Source of the DNA: Methanotrichaceae archaeon
GTDB taxonomy: Archaea > Halobacteriota > Methanosarcinia > Methanotrichales > Methanotrichaceae
Assembly (NCBI GenBank): GCA_963813075.1
Contig: CAWEXU010000004.1
Coordinates: 288,001-352,000 of the forward strand
DNA length: 64,000 nt
Direction of reading: 5' to 3'
The notes under the pieces are model-generated. The model saw only the letters and a program-made list of their open reading frames with translations, ran no database searches and had not been told where the DNA came from. Made by a program: the position numbers and the translations under genes. This document shows positions 51,871-61,513 of this stretch, piece after piece (position 1 is the stretch's first letter; every line of letters begins with the position of its first letter).

Positions 51871-52900
51871 CCGCAGACGGATCGAGGTGCCTGTTGGCTT
51901 CTCGGTCAAAGAGGCTCTGGAGAGTCTCGGCTATAACATCACAATGCATCCAGCCGACAAAGGGCTTTTCATGCCCTGCCAGGTGGGGGGCTGCTGGGCC
52001 TGCGCCCTGGAGATAGATGGAGAGGTGAGGCCCGCCTGCTCGACGCAGGTGCAGGAAGGTATGAGGATAAAGACCGGGGCACCCAGGGGGACGCCTCAGA
52101 GGATGGTGGCGGGCTTCATGGGCCATAAGGTCGGAGGAGTGGGCACACCCTGGTGGCTGGAGAGCGGTCTGGGCTTCATAGAAGCGGTCTGCTTCACCTC
52201 AGGCTGCAACCTCTGTTGCCCCCAGTGCCAGAACTGGCGGTATGCCTATATGGACGCCGGCGAGCTTTTGGCTCCAGAAGAAGCGGCGGAGAGGATGACC
52301 GAGACCAAAAGGCAGTGCGGAGTGGAGCGTATTGCCGTTTCCGGCGGGGAGTGCACCCTCAACCGCTCCTGGCTGGTCTCATTCATACGCCTCCTCCGGG
52401 AGAAAAATCCCATCGCCCGAATTCATGTGGACACCAACGGCTCGATCCTGACGGAAGACTACATCGATGAGCTGGTCAGAGCAGGGATGACCGACATTGG
52501 CATCGATCTCAAAGCCCTGAGATTATCCACCTTCATGGAGATTACCGGCCTTTTGGATGAAAGTCTGGCCTCTCGCTATTTGGAGACTGCCTGGCAGGCG
52601 GTAAGATATGTGCACGACAGCCATCCTCAGGTCTTTTTGGGGATTGGCATTCCCTTTAATCAGGAGCTTATCAGCACCCAGGAGGTCCAGGAGATGGGGG
52701 AAGTAATTGCCAGGATAGATCCCTGGATTCAGGTCTGTGCCCTCGACTACCGGCCGGAGTTCAGGAGGCCGGAGTTGGTCAGGCCCAGCTTTTATCAGAT
52801 GCTGCAGATTCATTGCCTTCTGAGGGACAGCGGTCTTGAGTCCGTCGTCTGCCAGACGGAGCGAGGGAAGATAGGGCCAGCGGGAAGGCTTTTGCATTAA
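51851..52900 (+). CDS. Radical SAM protein (PFL-activase-like) with N-terminal 2Fe-2S-type domain
   Basis: CQVGGCWAC..PAC; GCNLCCPQCQN; SGGECTL; VDTNG. Confidence 0.88.
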   Translation: MISIEVDRRRIEVPVGFSVKEALESLGYNITMHPADKGLFMPCQVGGCWACALEIDGEVRPACSTQVQEGMRIKTGAPRGTPQRMVAGFMGHKVGGVGTPWWLESGLGFIEAVCFTSGCNLCCPQCQNWRYAYMDAGELLAPEEAAERMTETKRQCGVERIAVSGGECTLNRSWLVSFIRLLREKNPIARIHVDTNGSILTEDYIDELVRAGMTDIGIDLKALRLSTFMEITGLLDESLASRYLETAWQAVRYVHDSHPQVFLGIGIPFNQELISTQEVQEMGEVIARIDPWIQVCALDYRPEFRRPELVRPSFYQMLQIHCLLRDSGLESVVCQTERGKIGPAGRLLH

Positions 52901-52987
52901 CCAGGACTTGAATTGAATAGCTTTTAATATATTAAAGATTATTTTTAAGTTTTATAAAAAAAGGAACATACACGCCTGATCTGCACT

Positions 52988-53491
52988 CTAGCAGACACAG
53001 GCGGGGGACTTTGTGGGAGAGGGGGCCTGACCTTGACCGGAAGATCCACATTTGGATTTGAGCTCGCGGGCATCAAATGAGGCGGGCATGACACCATCTT
53101 CAGTGGCACCTGATCCTTTGCACTTCTCCAGGCATCCGCTTTGCGCATAGGATGCACGATTGGGGCAGATGCATGGAAGATCAGCATCTTTAGTGGCACC
53201 TGATCCTTTGCACTTCTCCATGCATCCGGTTTGCGCACAGGATGCACGGTTGGGGCAGATGCATGGAAGATCAGCATCTTTAGCGGCACCTGATCCCTTG
53301 CACTTCTCCAGGCATCCGGTTTGTGCGCAGGATGCATTGCCAGGGCAGATGCACGGAATAACAGCACCTTCCGTAGCAGATGGTACTTTGCATTTTTCCA
53401 GGCCTGCGTTTTGCCCGCAGGATGCGCTTCCCAGAGCCAATCCGATTCCCGCAAGCAGCAGGACTATTGAGGCAATTATGAGTTTATTCAT
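52988..53491 (-). CDS. Signal-peptide Cys-rich repeat protein
   Basis: MNKLIIASIVLLLAGIGLALG followed by about four 30-aa Cys repeats. Confidence 0.8.
   Translation of the reverse strand: MNKLIIASIVLLLAGIGLALGSASCGQNAGLEKCKVPSATEGAVIPCICPGNASCAQTGCLEKCKGSGAAKDADLPCICPNRASCAQTGCMEKCKGSGATKDADLPCICPNRASYAQSGCLEKCKGSGATEDGVMPASFDARELKSKCGSSGQGQAPSPTKSPACVC
53095..53430 (-). repeat. 90-bp tandem repeats
   Basis: ggcacctgatcc(t/c)ttgcacttctcca recurs at ~53105, 53195 and 53285. Confidence 0.93.
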
Positions 53492-53812
53492 TTACACCAC
53501 TCTGCTCATCATTTTAAACGTTGCACGTTCAAACCGTTTTGGGTCACTATAGCATATGACGATTTGGATTTGGGCAAAACTCATTTGGCTTTTTGGCGTG
53601 ATTCATATCCATATTGGAAATATATATGTAACAAATTTTACTATATTCTCGGTGTAATCCTTTTTATGGACATAAACGCGGCAAAGAGATAAGGACGGGA
53701 TAATATAGAAGGTTTTTGCCTGACCGGGTGTTCGAAAAATTCCTCTTTATTTCGGCGATTGTCTTATATAGTGGAGTTAACAATTGTAATGTGATAGCCT
53801 AAAGGAGGAGCC

Positions 53813-54397
53813 ATGAAGATAATTAGCCTGCTTGGAGCATTTGCAGTTCTCAGTTTCATGCTTGTGCCTGCTCTATCCCAGCTAAGCCAGAAGAGCTGTG
53901 CCTGCCCACCGCATGGCTGCCAGGGAGACTCAATAGATAGATGCTGCGGCAAATCCCCGGATAGCTGCATTTCGTTGAATTGTGCCTGTCTTGGCCTGAT
54001 TGCATCATATTCAGGCACAGAGTACTTCGCACCCGCCAATTCCTACTTCAGCAGGAGCAGCACGCGTTCGCCGGTCAGGGCCGGCCAAGAGGGGTTGACA
54101 AGCCCTATGGATCTCGCTTCGTCCCAACAATTATCCCAGGTTGCCCCGGGGGGCGCAGGACCGCCGGACCCGGATGTGGTGGAATATCTGCCGCCGTCAG
54201 CCAAGGAGGTCTTCCTGGTCCTCGCAACCCAAGGGCCTCTGACTCAGAAGGACATCATTGACAAGACAGATCTTCCCCCAAGGACAGTTAGATATGCCCT
54301 GGACAGGCTCAGAGGAGAGGATATGCTGGTGGAGCGATTCTCCTTCCGTGATGCCCGGCAAAGCCTGTACTGCCTGACTGGAAAAGAGGCCAGGTAG
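53813..54397 (+). CDS. Signal-peptide, Cys-rich protein with C-terminal winged-HTH domain
   Basis: AGGAGG RBS; LPPSAKEVFLVL..GPLTQKDII..LPPRTVRYALDRL..DARQSLY. Confidence 0.82.
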   Translation: MKIISLLGAFAVLSFMLVPALSQLSQKSCACPPHGCQGDSIDRCCGKSPDSCISLNCACLGLIASYSGTEYFAPANSYFSRSSTRSPVRAGQEGLTSPMDLASSQQLSQVAPGGAGPPDPDVVEYLPPSAKEVFLVLATQGPLTQKDIIDKTDLPPRTVRYALDRLRGEDMLVERFSFRDARQSLYCLTGKEAR

Positions 54398-54538
54398 CCC
54401 CATGAAGTTGATCCAACCCCCAAGGGGCTGCGGTTAATCTCAAAGATATCAACAGCGCCTTAATACTCATGGACTTCAACATCACGGCTCCACCATCTAT
54501 TTAAGCGCAGTTTTCCAGGATTTTCATGGTCGATAAAA

Positions 54539-54973
54539 ATGAGCTATCTAGCAAATATCCAGACCTCGGGCAGGGATGCAAATCCATTCTTCCGGCTGAT
54601 GGACATTGAGCTGGGCCCTTATGGCGGAGGAGAAGCAGTGCTATTCATGCCTGTGCGTGCTGATATGCTGAACGGCGTAGGATGGCTGCAGGGAGGCCTT
54701 TACTCTGCCCTGTGCGACGAGGCCATGGCCCTTGCCCTTTTCACCGTACTTGATGATGATGAGGCCATAGCCACCATATCCGAGAGCACCAGCTTCCTGC
54801 AGGGTATCCGGAATGGTAGCATCTCCGCTCAGGCGAAAGTGGTTAAGAAGGGCAGAGCGGTGGCCTTCGTTGAGGGCAGGGTGTCCGGCAAAGCTGACGG
54901 CACTCTCCTCTCTAAGACCCAGGCCTCATTCGCCATCATGTCCCGGAGAAAGGGTGAGCCGAAAGTGCAGTAA
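54539..54973 (+). CDS. PaaI-family hotdog thioesterase
   Basis: NGVGWLQGG..LCDEAM, VVKKGRAVAFVEG. Confidence 0.88.
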   Translation: MSYLANIQTSGRDANPFFRLMDIELGPYGGGEAVLFMPVRADMLNGVGWLQGGLYSALCDEAMALALFTVLDDDEAIATISESTSFLQGIRNGSISAQAKVVKKGRAVAFVEGRVSGKADGTLLSKTQASFAIMSRRKGEPKVQ

Positions 54974-54999
54974 GGCAGATCGATTTGGCTCAAACCGGG

Positions 55000-55208
55000 C
55001 TACAGATTTGCCCGCTGGAACCCGGTCATGCCGGACTCGCCCAGCTGCAGCCTTCTCACGATCTCGCCCGCAGCACGGGCATCGGGGGCTGTAGCCAGAA
55101 TTCTCGCCCTGGAGAGAACTGTCCTCTTTCCGCAGGGACAGGTTCTGGTCTTGGCATCATCCAGGGAGTACAGATGCCGTCCGCAGCTGCAGCGAAATAC
55201 AATGAACA
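55000..55208 (-). CDS. Small Zn-ribbon protein (DUF1922-like)
   Basis: MFIVFRCSCGRHLY..TRTCPCG. Confidence 0.7.
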
Positions 55209-55226
55209 TCAAAATAAATTGGGCTT

Positions 55227-55610
55227 TCACACAGCAGGCAGCAATACGGCATTGATGATGCCATCCTGGCCCGGCCGGTTGGTAATCCTGGCATCCCCGA
55301 TCTCTGTCTTGATGACTGCGCCCTTGGTGAGAATGCTCCTTCTCATGTAGTGCAGATTGGCCTTGTTCTCTTTTGCGGTCTCTACCTTGACCATCTTGGT
55401 GATTCCTGTCTTTGGATCTGCGACTGCCACCATGTTGCCGCGCAGCATTCGCACCTTCTCCTTCCCGCCCCGGATCTGGACCTTCTTGATCCTTACTTCA
55501 CCGATGGTGGTATCGCTCTGCTCTCGTCCAATCTCGAACTTTCTTTTGCCCCGGGCAACAATCAGCTTTCCGCCCGTGGCCTTCCGTCCCATCTTGCCTT
55601 GCCAACGCAT
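55227..55610 (-). CDS. rps8e: 30S ribosomal protein eS8
   Basis: MRWQGKMGRKATGG, ILTKGAVIKT, NRPGQDGIINAVL. Confidence 0.96.
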   Translation of the reverse strand: MRWQGKMGRKATGGKLIVARGKRKFEIGREQSDTTIGEVRIKKVQIRGGKEKVRMLRGNMVAVADPKTGITKMVKVETAKENKANLHYMRRSILTKGAVIKTEIGDARITNRPGQDGIINAVLLPAV

Positions 55611-55720
55611 ATTTTTATTCCTCAGATCGCAAATGATCTTCAGTGCACTGAATTTAAAGGTTGTGGTGATAGGTGACTGATGACTGATCAAAAAGGCTGC
55701 CATCTCAGCCCTGGTGCATT

Positions 55721-57268
55721 CTATGCCAGCCTCTTTGTCATATAGGGCGGGCATAGGTCGTACCCCCGCCTGCGGTAGTAGCCCCTCGCCCCTATGCCGC
55801 TGGTGACATCGATCTGGGAATAGCCCGCCTCAAAAGCCAGCTTCTCCGCCTCATCCACCAGCCTGGATCCATAGCCACGGTGCTGCCAGCCATCCTGCCT
55901 GCTGCCAATGGGGACCATGGGGCCGTAGACATGCAGCTCCCGAATCCGGGCAGAGGTGCTCAGTCGCAGGCGCAAGAATCCCACCAGGACATCATCCTCC
56001 GTCTCAAAGGAGAGAAAGTGCTCTATTGCCCCGGAGGCGATATAGGATTCATGCTTTAGCCTGGGCTCGGCCTGGACCACTCTTCTCAATCCCGCCTCCC
56101 GGCAGCGGATGCACTGGCAGCTGCTGCCCCGTTCCTCCAGCCTTTGCCTGGCCAGCTGACGTAGGTTGGACTTCTTTACTCCGGCCACGATCAGAGGGGA
56201 GGGGATGTCCCTTTGCACCCGCTGCAGCCGGACATATCGGGGCAGGATCTCCTTGATCCGTGAGACCAGCTCCGCGGCATCATCGTCCCCAAGAGCCGTG
56301 TACTCGCCTCGCAGGTACTGACGGTATAGCTCCGTCCCTTCTATGACCAGGGTGGGATAGATCTTCAGATAGTCAGGACGAAATCGGCTATCGGAGAAAA
56401 GGTCCCTGAACACCTCCAGGTCCCGCACCGGGCTGGAGCCGGGAAGGCCGGGCATCATGTGATATCCCACCTTCAGACCCGCCTCTCGCAGGTTGGCGCT
56501 CGCCCGGGCAGCATCCTCGACCGTATGGCCCCTATTCATTTTGGCCAGCAGGTCATCATCCAGGCTCTGTACCCCCAGCTCCACCTTGGTCGCCCCCAGG
56601 CAGAGCATCTCTTTTATCTGATCGGGGCGGCACCAGTCAGGCCGGGTCTCAAAGGTGGTGCCGACATTGCGAACCAGGGCGCTCTCATTTGCCCGGGCCA
56701 CCTCTCGGAAGGACTGCCAGCCAGAGATCCCCGGGCCGCCAGGAAAGTCGTTCATGGCCTGGAGGCAGCGCTTGACAAACCAGTTCTGATATCCCAGGGG
56801 GCGGGAGGTGATCGTCCCCCCCATGATGATCAGCTCAGACTTGTCCAGGGAGTGGCCGATCTCATCCAGCTGGCCCAGCCTGGCTGTCACCTGGTCATAG
56901 GGATCAAAGCGGTGCTGACAGGCTCGAAGAGCCGCCGGCTCTTTGCCGGTGTAGCTTTGCGGGGAGAGATTGAGAATTCCCCCCGGACAGGGGACGCAGG
57001 TCCCATGGGGACAGCGGGCCGGTGAGGTCATGGCGGCGATGACCGCCACCCCGGATAGGGTTCGAGTCGGCTTTCTCACCAGCATCTTCAGAGCCTCTCG
57101 TTCCCCATCCTTTGCCTGGCAGAGGATATCGGCATTGCTGGGCAAAGAGGCCAGGCCCAGCTGAGCCGAGAGCCTCTTTTTGGCCGCCTCCAGCGCGGCC
57201 TCGTCAGCAATCTTCCCCTCCAGGACCGCCTCTGCTATGCTGCGCAGCCCGGAGGCTATTCGATCCAA
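55721..57268 (-). CDS. elp3: Elp3 tRNA uridine-34 modification radical SAM/KAT enzyme
   Basis: KPTRTLSGVAVIA, CPHGTCVPCPGG, ETRPD, RELHVYG, QHRGYG. Confidence 0.96.
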   Translation of the reverse strand: MDRIASGLRSIAEAVLEGKIADEAALEAAKKRLSAQLGLASLPSNADILCQAKDGEREALKMLVRKPTRTLSGVAVIAAMTSPARCPHGTCVPCPGGILNLSPQSYTGKEPAALRACQHRFDPYDQVTARLGQLDEIGHSLDKSELIIMGGTITSRPLGYQNWFVKRCLQAMNDFPGGPGISGWQSFREVARANESALVRNVGTTFETRPDWCRPDQIKEMLCLGATKVELGVQSLDDDLLAKMNRGHTVEDAARASANLREAGLKVGYHMMPGLPGSSPVRDLEVFRDLFSDSRFRPDYLKIYPTLVIEGTELYRQYLRGEYTALGDDDAAELVSRIKEILPRYVRLQRVQRDIPSPLIVAGVKKSNLRQLARQRLEERGSSCQCIRCREAGLRRVVQAEPRLKHESYIASGAIEHFLSFETEDDVLVGFLRLRLSTSARIRELHVYGPMVPIGSRQDGWQHRGYGSRLVDEAEKLAFEAGYSQIDVTSGIGARGYYRRRGYDLCPPYMTKRLA

Positions 57269-57774
57269 CTGACCGCCCCAGCACGTTTTGGGCGCTCCGG
57301 CCGGTCCGGGTTCTCATCCGGCCAGCCCAGGGAGACAATGGCCACGGGCAGGACTTCATCCTCCAGACGGAGGGCTTCGCGCACCAGATCATCGTCAAAC
57401 GCCCCGTTCCAGCAGGCACCCAGGCCCGCATCATGAGCAGCTAAAAGAAGGCACATCGTTGCCGCATCCGCATCCTGGATGGCATAAAGGCCGCCCCGGC
57501 TGCCATAGCGAACGCTGGAGGCGGTAATATCCGCGCAGACCACGATGAGAAGAGGGGCCGCTTCGATATGCTCCTGACCATAGGCAGCCGCGGCCAGGAC
57601 CCGTCTCATTGCCTCATTGCTCACCAGGACATACCTCCTGGCAGAGAGGTTTCCGGCCGATGGCGCACACTCGGCAGCATCGATTAATGATTGTGCCAGA
57701 TCTTTGGGAATGGGACGGGGCATATATCTTCGCGTCGACCTCCGGGTCCCCAGGGCATCCATGAGATTCATCAA
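57256..57774 (-). CDS. Nitroreductase family protein
   Basis: RRSTRRY, APSAGN, AAHDAGLGACW. Confidence 0.9.
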   Translation of the reverse strand: MMNLMDALGTRRSTRRYMPRPIPKDLAQSLIDAAECAPSAGNLSARRYVLVSNEAMRRVLAAAAYGQEHIEAAPLLIVVCADITASSVRYGSRGGLYAIQDADAATMCLLLAAHDAGLGACWNGAFDDDLVREALRLEDEVLPVAIVSLGWPDENPDRPERPKRAGAVSWIE

Positions 57775-57814
57775 TTACGAAAGGCAGGCCGCTATGATAA
57801 TAATCTTCTCTTAT

Positions 57815-58756
57815 TCAGAACAGCTCGCATAGATACAAAGACTCTGCCCGGCCCAGCTGCCTCAGGGCCAGGCCATCAGCATCCAGAATGATGTATGTAT
57901 TGGGATACTCAATCCGAGAGCCTTTTGCTGGCTCGCAGGTGAAGCTTCCCGCATTCACCGCCAGGGGACCTCCTTTTCTCTGGAAGATCCCTGCCCGGTG
58001 GGTATCCCCATAAATGAAACAGTCCACATCACCCAGATTCCTATCGCGAATGAAATTCCCAATGGCATCGTACTGCACCTTTACCGATGCCAGATGCCTC
58101 TGGTGAAGGATCCCGGTGGTGAGCCTCTGCAATAGGCTTGATGCCTTCCAGACCCTTTCCTCAAATGAAACCATCTCCCCGATGTAAGAGGAGCGGTAGA
58201 TGCTCTCATAGGCATAGGCCATCATCATCTCCAGGTCTGCGGGCAGGAGCTCCTCTCCGTACATATGTCGAATCCTCTCCACCATCTGCATGGTGAAGGT
58301 CTGGATGCCATCTAAATGGTGGCCGTGGGCGAATAGGACGGTCCGGTGGCAGCAGTGAACACGGTAAGTGGGATAGAGCATGTCGATGTTCAGGCCATTT
58401 ATGGTCTGCCGCCAGCGCAAAGAGGGTGAATAGACGGGAAAAAGGTCGCCGCGCGCCGCCCTCTCCATGAAGTCAGACTCCTGCTTTTGCACCACCAGAT
58501 GATGGTCATGATTTCCCACCACATAGTGAATCTTCAGGTCCTCTTCCGCCAGCCTTTTCAAGAGAGGGACTGATTGCCGGAGAGCATTCTCTGGCCGCAC
58601 CCTCCAGAAATCGAATATATCGCCCAATAGGATAACCTCATCGCAGCCGCCTCCATATTCTGCAATCTCCCCCATCAACTGATCGACCTTTAACGGATCG
58701 CTGAGCGTGGATGAGTCCAGGCCAAAGTGCGTATCCGAGATTACCACCGCGGACAT
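57815..58756 (-). CDS. Calcineurin-like metallophosphoesterase
   Basis: ISDTHFG, LLGDIFD, GNHD, AHGH. Confidence 0.87.
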   Translation of the reverse strand: MSAVVISDTHFGLDSSTLSDPLKVDQLMGEIAEYGGGCDEVILLGDIFDFWRVRPENALRQSVPLLKRLAEEDLKIHYVVGNHDHHLVVQKQESDFMERAARGDLFPVYSPSLRWRQTINGLNIDMLYPTYRVHCCHRTVLFAHGHHLDGIQTFTMQMVERIRHMYGEELLPADLEMMMAYAYESIYRSSYIGEMVSFEERVWKASSLLQRLTTGILHQRHLASVKVQYDAIGNFIRDRNLGDVDCFIYGDTHRAGIFQRKGGPLAVNAGSFTCEPAKGSRIEYPNTYIILDADGLALRQLGRAESLYLCELF

Positions 58757-58946
58757 AATCTCTCCCCCCTTCCCTTCACAACTGTTTATTACAGTAGTTA
58801 TTTATAAATATTGTGCGAGGCTGAGGAGGGAGACTCCGCCAAATGGATCAGACCTCAAGCAATGATAGTGTTCAAAGAGATGGATATAAGAGGCTCAATA
58901 ACTCTGGCGAAAGGCAAAAATATGTTACTTTAGAGGAGATCAAGAA

Positions 58947-59819
58947 ATGATTGACATCGCCATTCCCAAGGGCAGCCTGCAAAACCAGACCCTGCAGCTC
59001 TTCGAGCAGGCAGGACTGGAGGTTAAGAGAACAGAGCGGGAGTACAACGCCCGCATAGATGACCCGCGCATAGGCAAGGTGAAGATCCTCCGCCCCCAGG
59101 AGATACCGGGATATGTGGCCAAGGGCTACTTCGACCTGGGGATCTCGGGCACGGACTGGATAATGGAATCCGGTGCCATTGTGACCAAGGTCGCGGAGCT
59201 AAACTACGGAAAGCAGGGCCCAGGGGCAGTGAAGCTGGTGGTGGCCGTGCCGGAGAGCCTGGATATAAGCTCCGCCCGCATGATAAAGCCGGGAAGCCGG
59301 GTGGCCACGGAATATCCCAATCTGACCAGGACCTTCTTCTCCAACCTCGGAATTCCTGTGGACATTCAGTTCTCCTTCGGAGCCACCGAGGCCAAGGTTC
59401 CAGAATTGACCGATGTGGTGGTGGACCTCACCGAGACCGGCTCCACCCTGAAGAAGAACGGCCTGAAGATCATCGATGTCATGCTGGAGTCGACGTCAGA
59501 GCTGGTAGCCAATAAGAAGAGCTTTGCCGATGAGGAGAAGCATGATGACATCTCCGCCGTCCAGACCCTCCTTTTGGCGGTGATGAGGGCGCGGGGAAAG
59601 ACCCTGTTGAAAATGAACGTGCCAGAAGTCGCATTGGACGCCGTCATCTCCATGCTTCCCAGCATGAAAAGGCCCACTCTCTCCAAGCTCTACAACACCG
59701 ATTATTATGCCATAGAGACGGTGGTGGACCGCTCCCAGGTCAACCTGCTCATACCCCAGCTGAAAAAGTCGGGAGCTGAGGACATACTGGAGCTGGCGAT
59801 ATCCAAGATCGTTCCCTGA
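58947..59819 (+). CDS. hisG: ATP phosphoribosyltransferase (long form)
   Basis: AIPKGSL, ATEYPN, GATE, DLTETGSTL. Confidence 0.96.
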   Translation: MIDIAIPKGSLQNQTLQLFEQAGLEVKRTEREYNARIDDPRIGKVKILRPQEIPGYVAKGYFDLGISGTDWIMESGAIVTKVAELNYGKQGPGAVKLVVAVPESLDISSARMIKPGSRVATEYPNLTRTFFSNLGIPVDIQFSFGATEAKVPELTDVVVDLTETGSTLKKNGLKIIDVMLESTSELVANKKSFADEEKHDDISAVQTLLLAVMRARGKTLLKMNVPEVALDAVISMLPSMKRPTLSKLYNTDYYAIETVVDRSQVNLLIPQLKKSGAEDILELAISKIVP

Positions 59820-59832
59820 TAGAAAAAGCGAG

Positions 59833-59907
59833 CGGGCGCAGAGGGATTCGAACCCCCGATCTACAGCTTAGGAGGCTGCCGCCTTATCCTGACTAGGCCA
59901 CGCGCCC
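59833..59907 (-). tRNA. tRNA-Arg (anticodon CCT), no intron, CCA not encoded
   Basis: GGGCGCG/TGCGCCC acceptor stem, GCAGC-CTCCTAA-GCTGT anticodon arm, GTTCGAATC T-loop. Confidence 0.96.
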
Positions 59908-59988
59908 TTCTTTTGGACTCTCCTGGTTTAACCAACAGATATATCAACCTTTCCGGATCGGCGGCTCGGGTACAGGCATAAACTCCAT

Positions 59989-61462
59989 TCAGCGGATGAG
60001 CACTCCGCTCAAGACCACCACGAACAGGCCCAGGAAGAACCATCCAAGGATTCCCTCCGCCATGGCCAGGTGGCGATAAACGCCCACCGGATAGGTGTTC
60101 ACCGGAGCCTGAGAGGTGGTGAACATGGCGATGGAAAAGTAGAGGGCATCGGTGAAAGAGACCCTGGCGGATGGCTTCAGGCTGGGGTCACCGGGAAGCT
60201 CCATCCCCACGATCTCGAACTTGTTCATCCCCTTTCCGGCCCAGAAGACCACCCCGAAGAACAGAATGGTAAAGAGGCACCAGAAGACGGTATAACTCAC
60301 CCGGACCCCATAGCCGCAGGAGAGCCAGGCAATCAGATCGGATATCTTTCCCCAGCCCCAGGGTGTCTGGTCCTGCCCGATTCTGCGGTACTGATAGTAG
60401 CAGTCGTCGGCATCCTCGAACCACTCCAGGCTCTTGTAGTTCCTGACCAGGGCCAGATAGGCAGCACCATTGTAGACCAGCCGATCCCTGATCACCCCCC
60501 ATCTAACCTCCAGCTTGGTGAAGTCGGAGTTGTTCAGGTTGATCTTCGAATTCTCCTGAAAGCTCACATTATCCAGACGCATGTTATAGAGCCTGGAATC
60601 CTCCATGTTCAGGTCACGATCAAACCGGGCATTGATGAAGTAGGCCAGATCGGTGAACTTGACTCCCCCGAAGTAGGCCGTGCGGTTGAAATATACATTG
60701 GTGAAATCAGCCAGCCCCCCGAAGCTGGCGAGGCCAAAGGTGCTCCCCAAAAGGAAGCTGGCTCCGCGGAAGACCACACTGCCGGCAAACCTGGTGGCGG
60801 CAAAGGCAGAATTGCCCTGGAACCGGGCATTCAGGAATGTGGTATGGCCTCCAAACTGGGTCTCCAGGAAGCTCACATTCACGAACCTGGCATTAGCGAA
60901 GGAGGCCAGCCGCTGGAACTGGGCAAAATCGAAGTCCACATCCCGGGAGAAGCTGCTGTTGAGGAACACCGCGTCTCCAGCAAACTGGCTGTTCCCAAAA
61001 CTTGCGTCCTCGGAAAACCGGGCGCTGAGAAATGAGGCCTGCCCACCGAAATAGGTGTTGCGAAGATCGGCCTGGCCCTCGAAGACCACATCCGAGAATC
61101 TTGCCCCTCCAATAAATCGGCAGCCTACAAAGTCCACGTTATCCCGAAAGACGCTCCCCTGCAGGTCAAGTGGCTCGTCGAAGCTCGCGGCAGAAAATCC
61201 GACCGGTCCCTGAAAGATGCTATTGGTGATCCTCACCGGCTGAGGCAGTGATCCCTGCAGCTCCCCCAATACCAGTGAGCCAGTAATGGAGACATTGTCA
61301 TACCTTATCGGCTCGCCTGACATCAACTGAGCCAGGATAGCCTCTGCAGCTACGGTTTCCTGGTTTGGCGCAATATAGCCATCTTCCTTTGGCTCTGCGG
61401 CAGAGGCCGTGGAAAATAGCAGCATAAAGAGGATCAATGCCCATCGAGATATTTCAACCACT
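59989..61462 (-). CDS. Pentapeptide-repeat protein with C-terminal 2-TM ion-channel-like domain; start uncertain
   Basis: A.F..A.F repeats; WLSCGYG, DALYFSIAMFT, EGILGWFFLGLFVV. Confidence 0.85.
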
Positions 61463-61513
61463 GAACAGGAATTGAGCCGCCAGGGATTTATGACTTTGTA
61501 TTGCAGGAATATC

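Noticed and set aside
51851..53491. Radical SAM + Cys-rich peptide as a RiPP (sactipeptide/ranthipeptide) cluster
   Set aside because: Genes are convergent, the enzyme is PFL-activase-like with no visible SPASM/RRE domain, and the peptide has a Sec-type signal
55611..55754. Extended rps8e start; similar extensions for tyw1 (61409), psd (22122) and GT4 (25101)
   Set aside because: They overlap neighbouring genes or IS ends; family similarity begins at downstream ATGs
59833..59907. tRNA-Arg as integration site of the island
   Set aside because: No duplicated tRNA 3' end or integrase seen; flanks are core genes
60070..61035. 321-aa plus-strand ORF and other long antisense ORFs in GC-rich parts
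   Set aside because: Shadow frames of well-supported genes with no recognisable motifs
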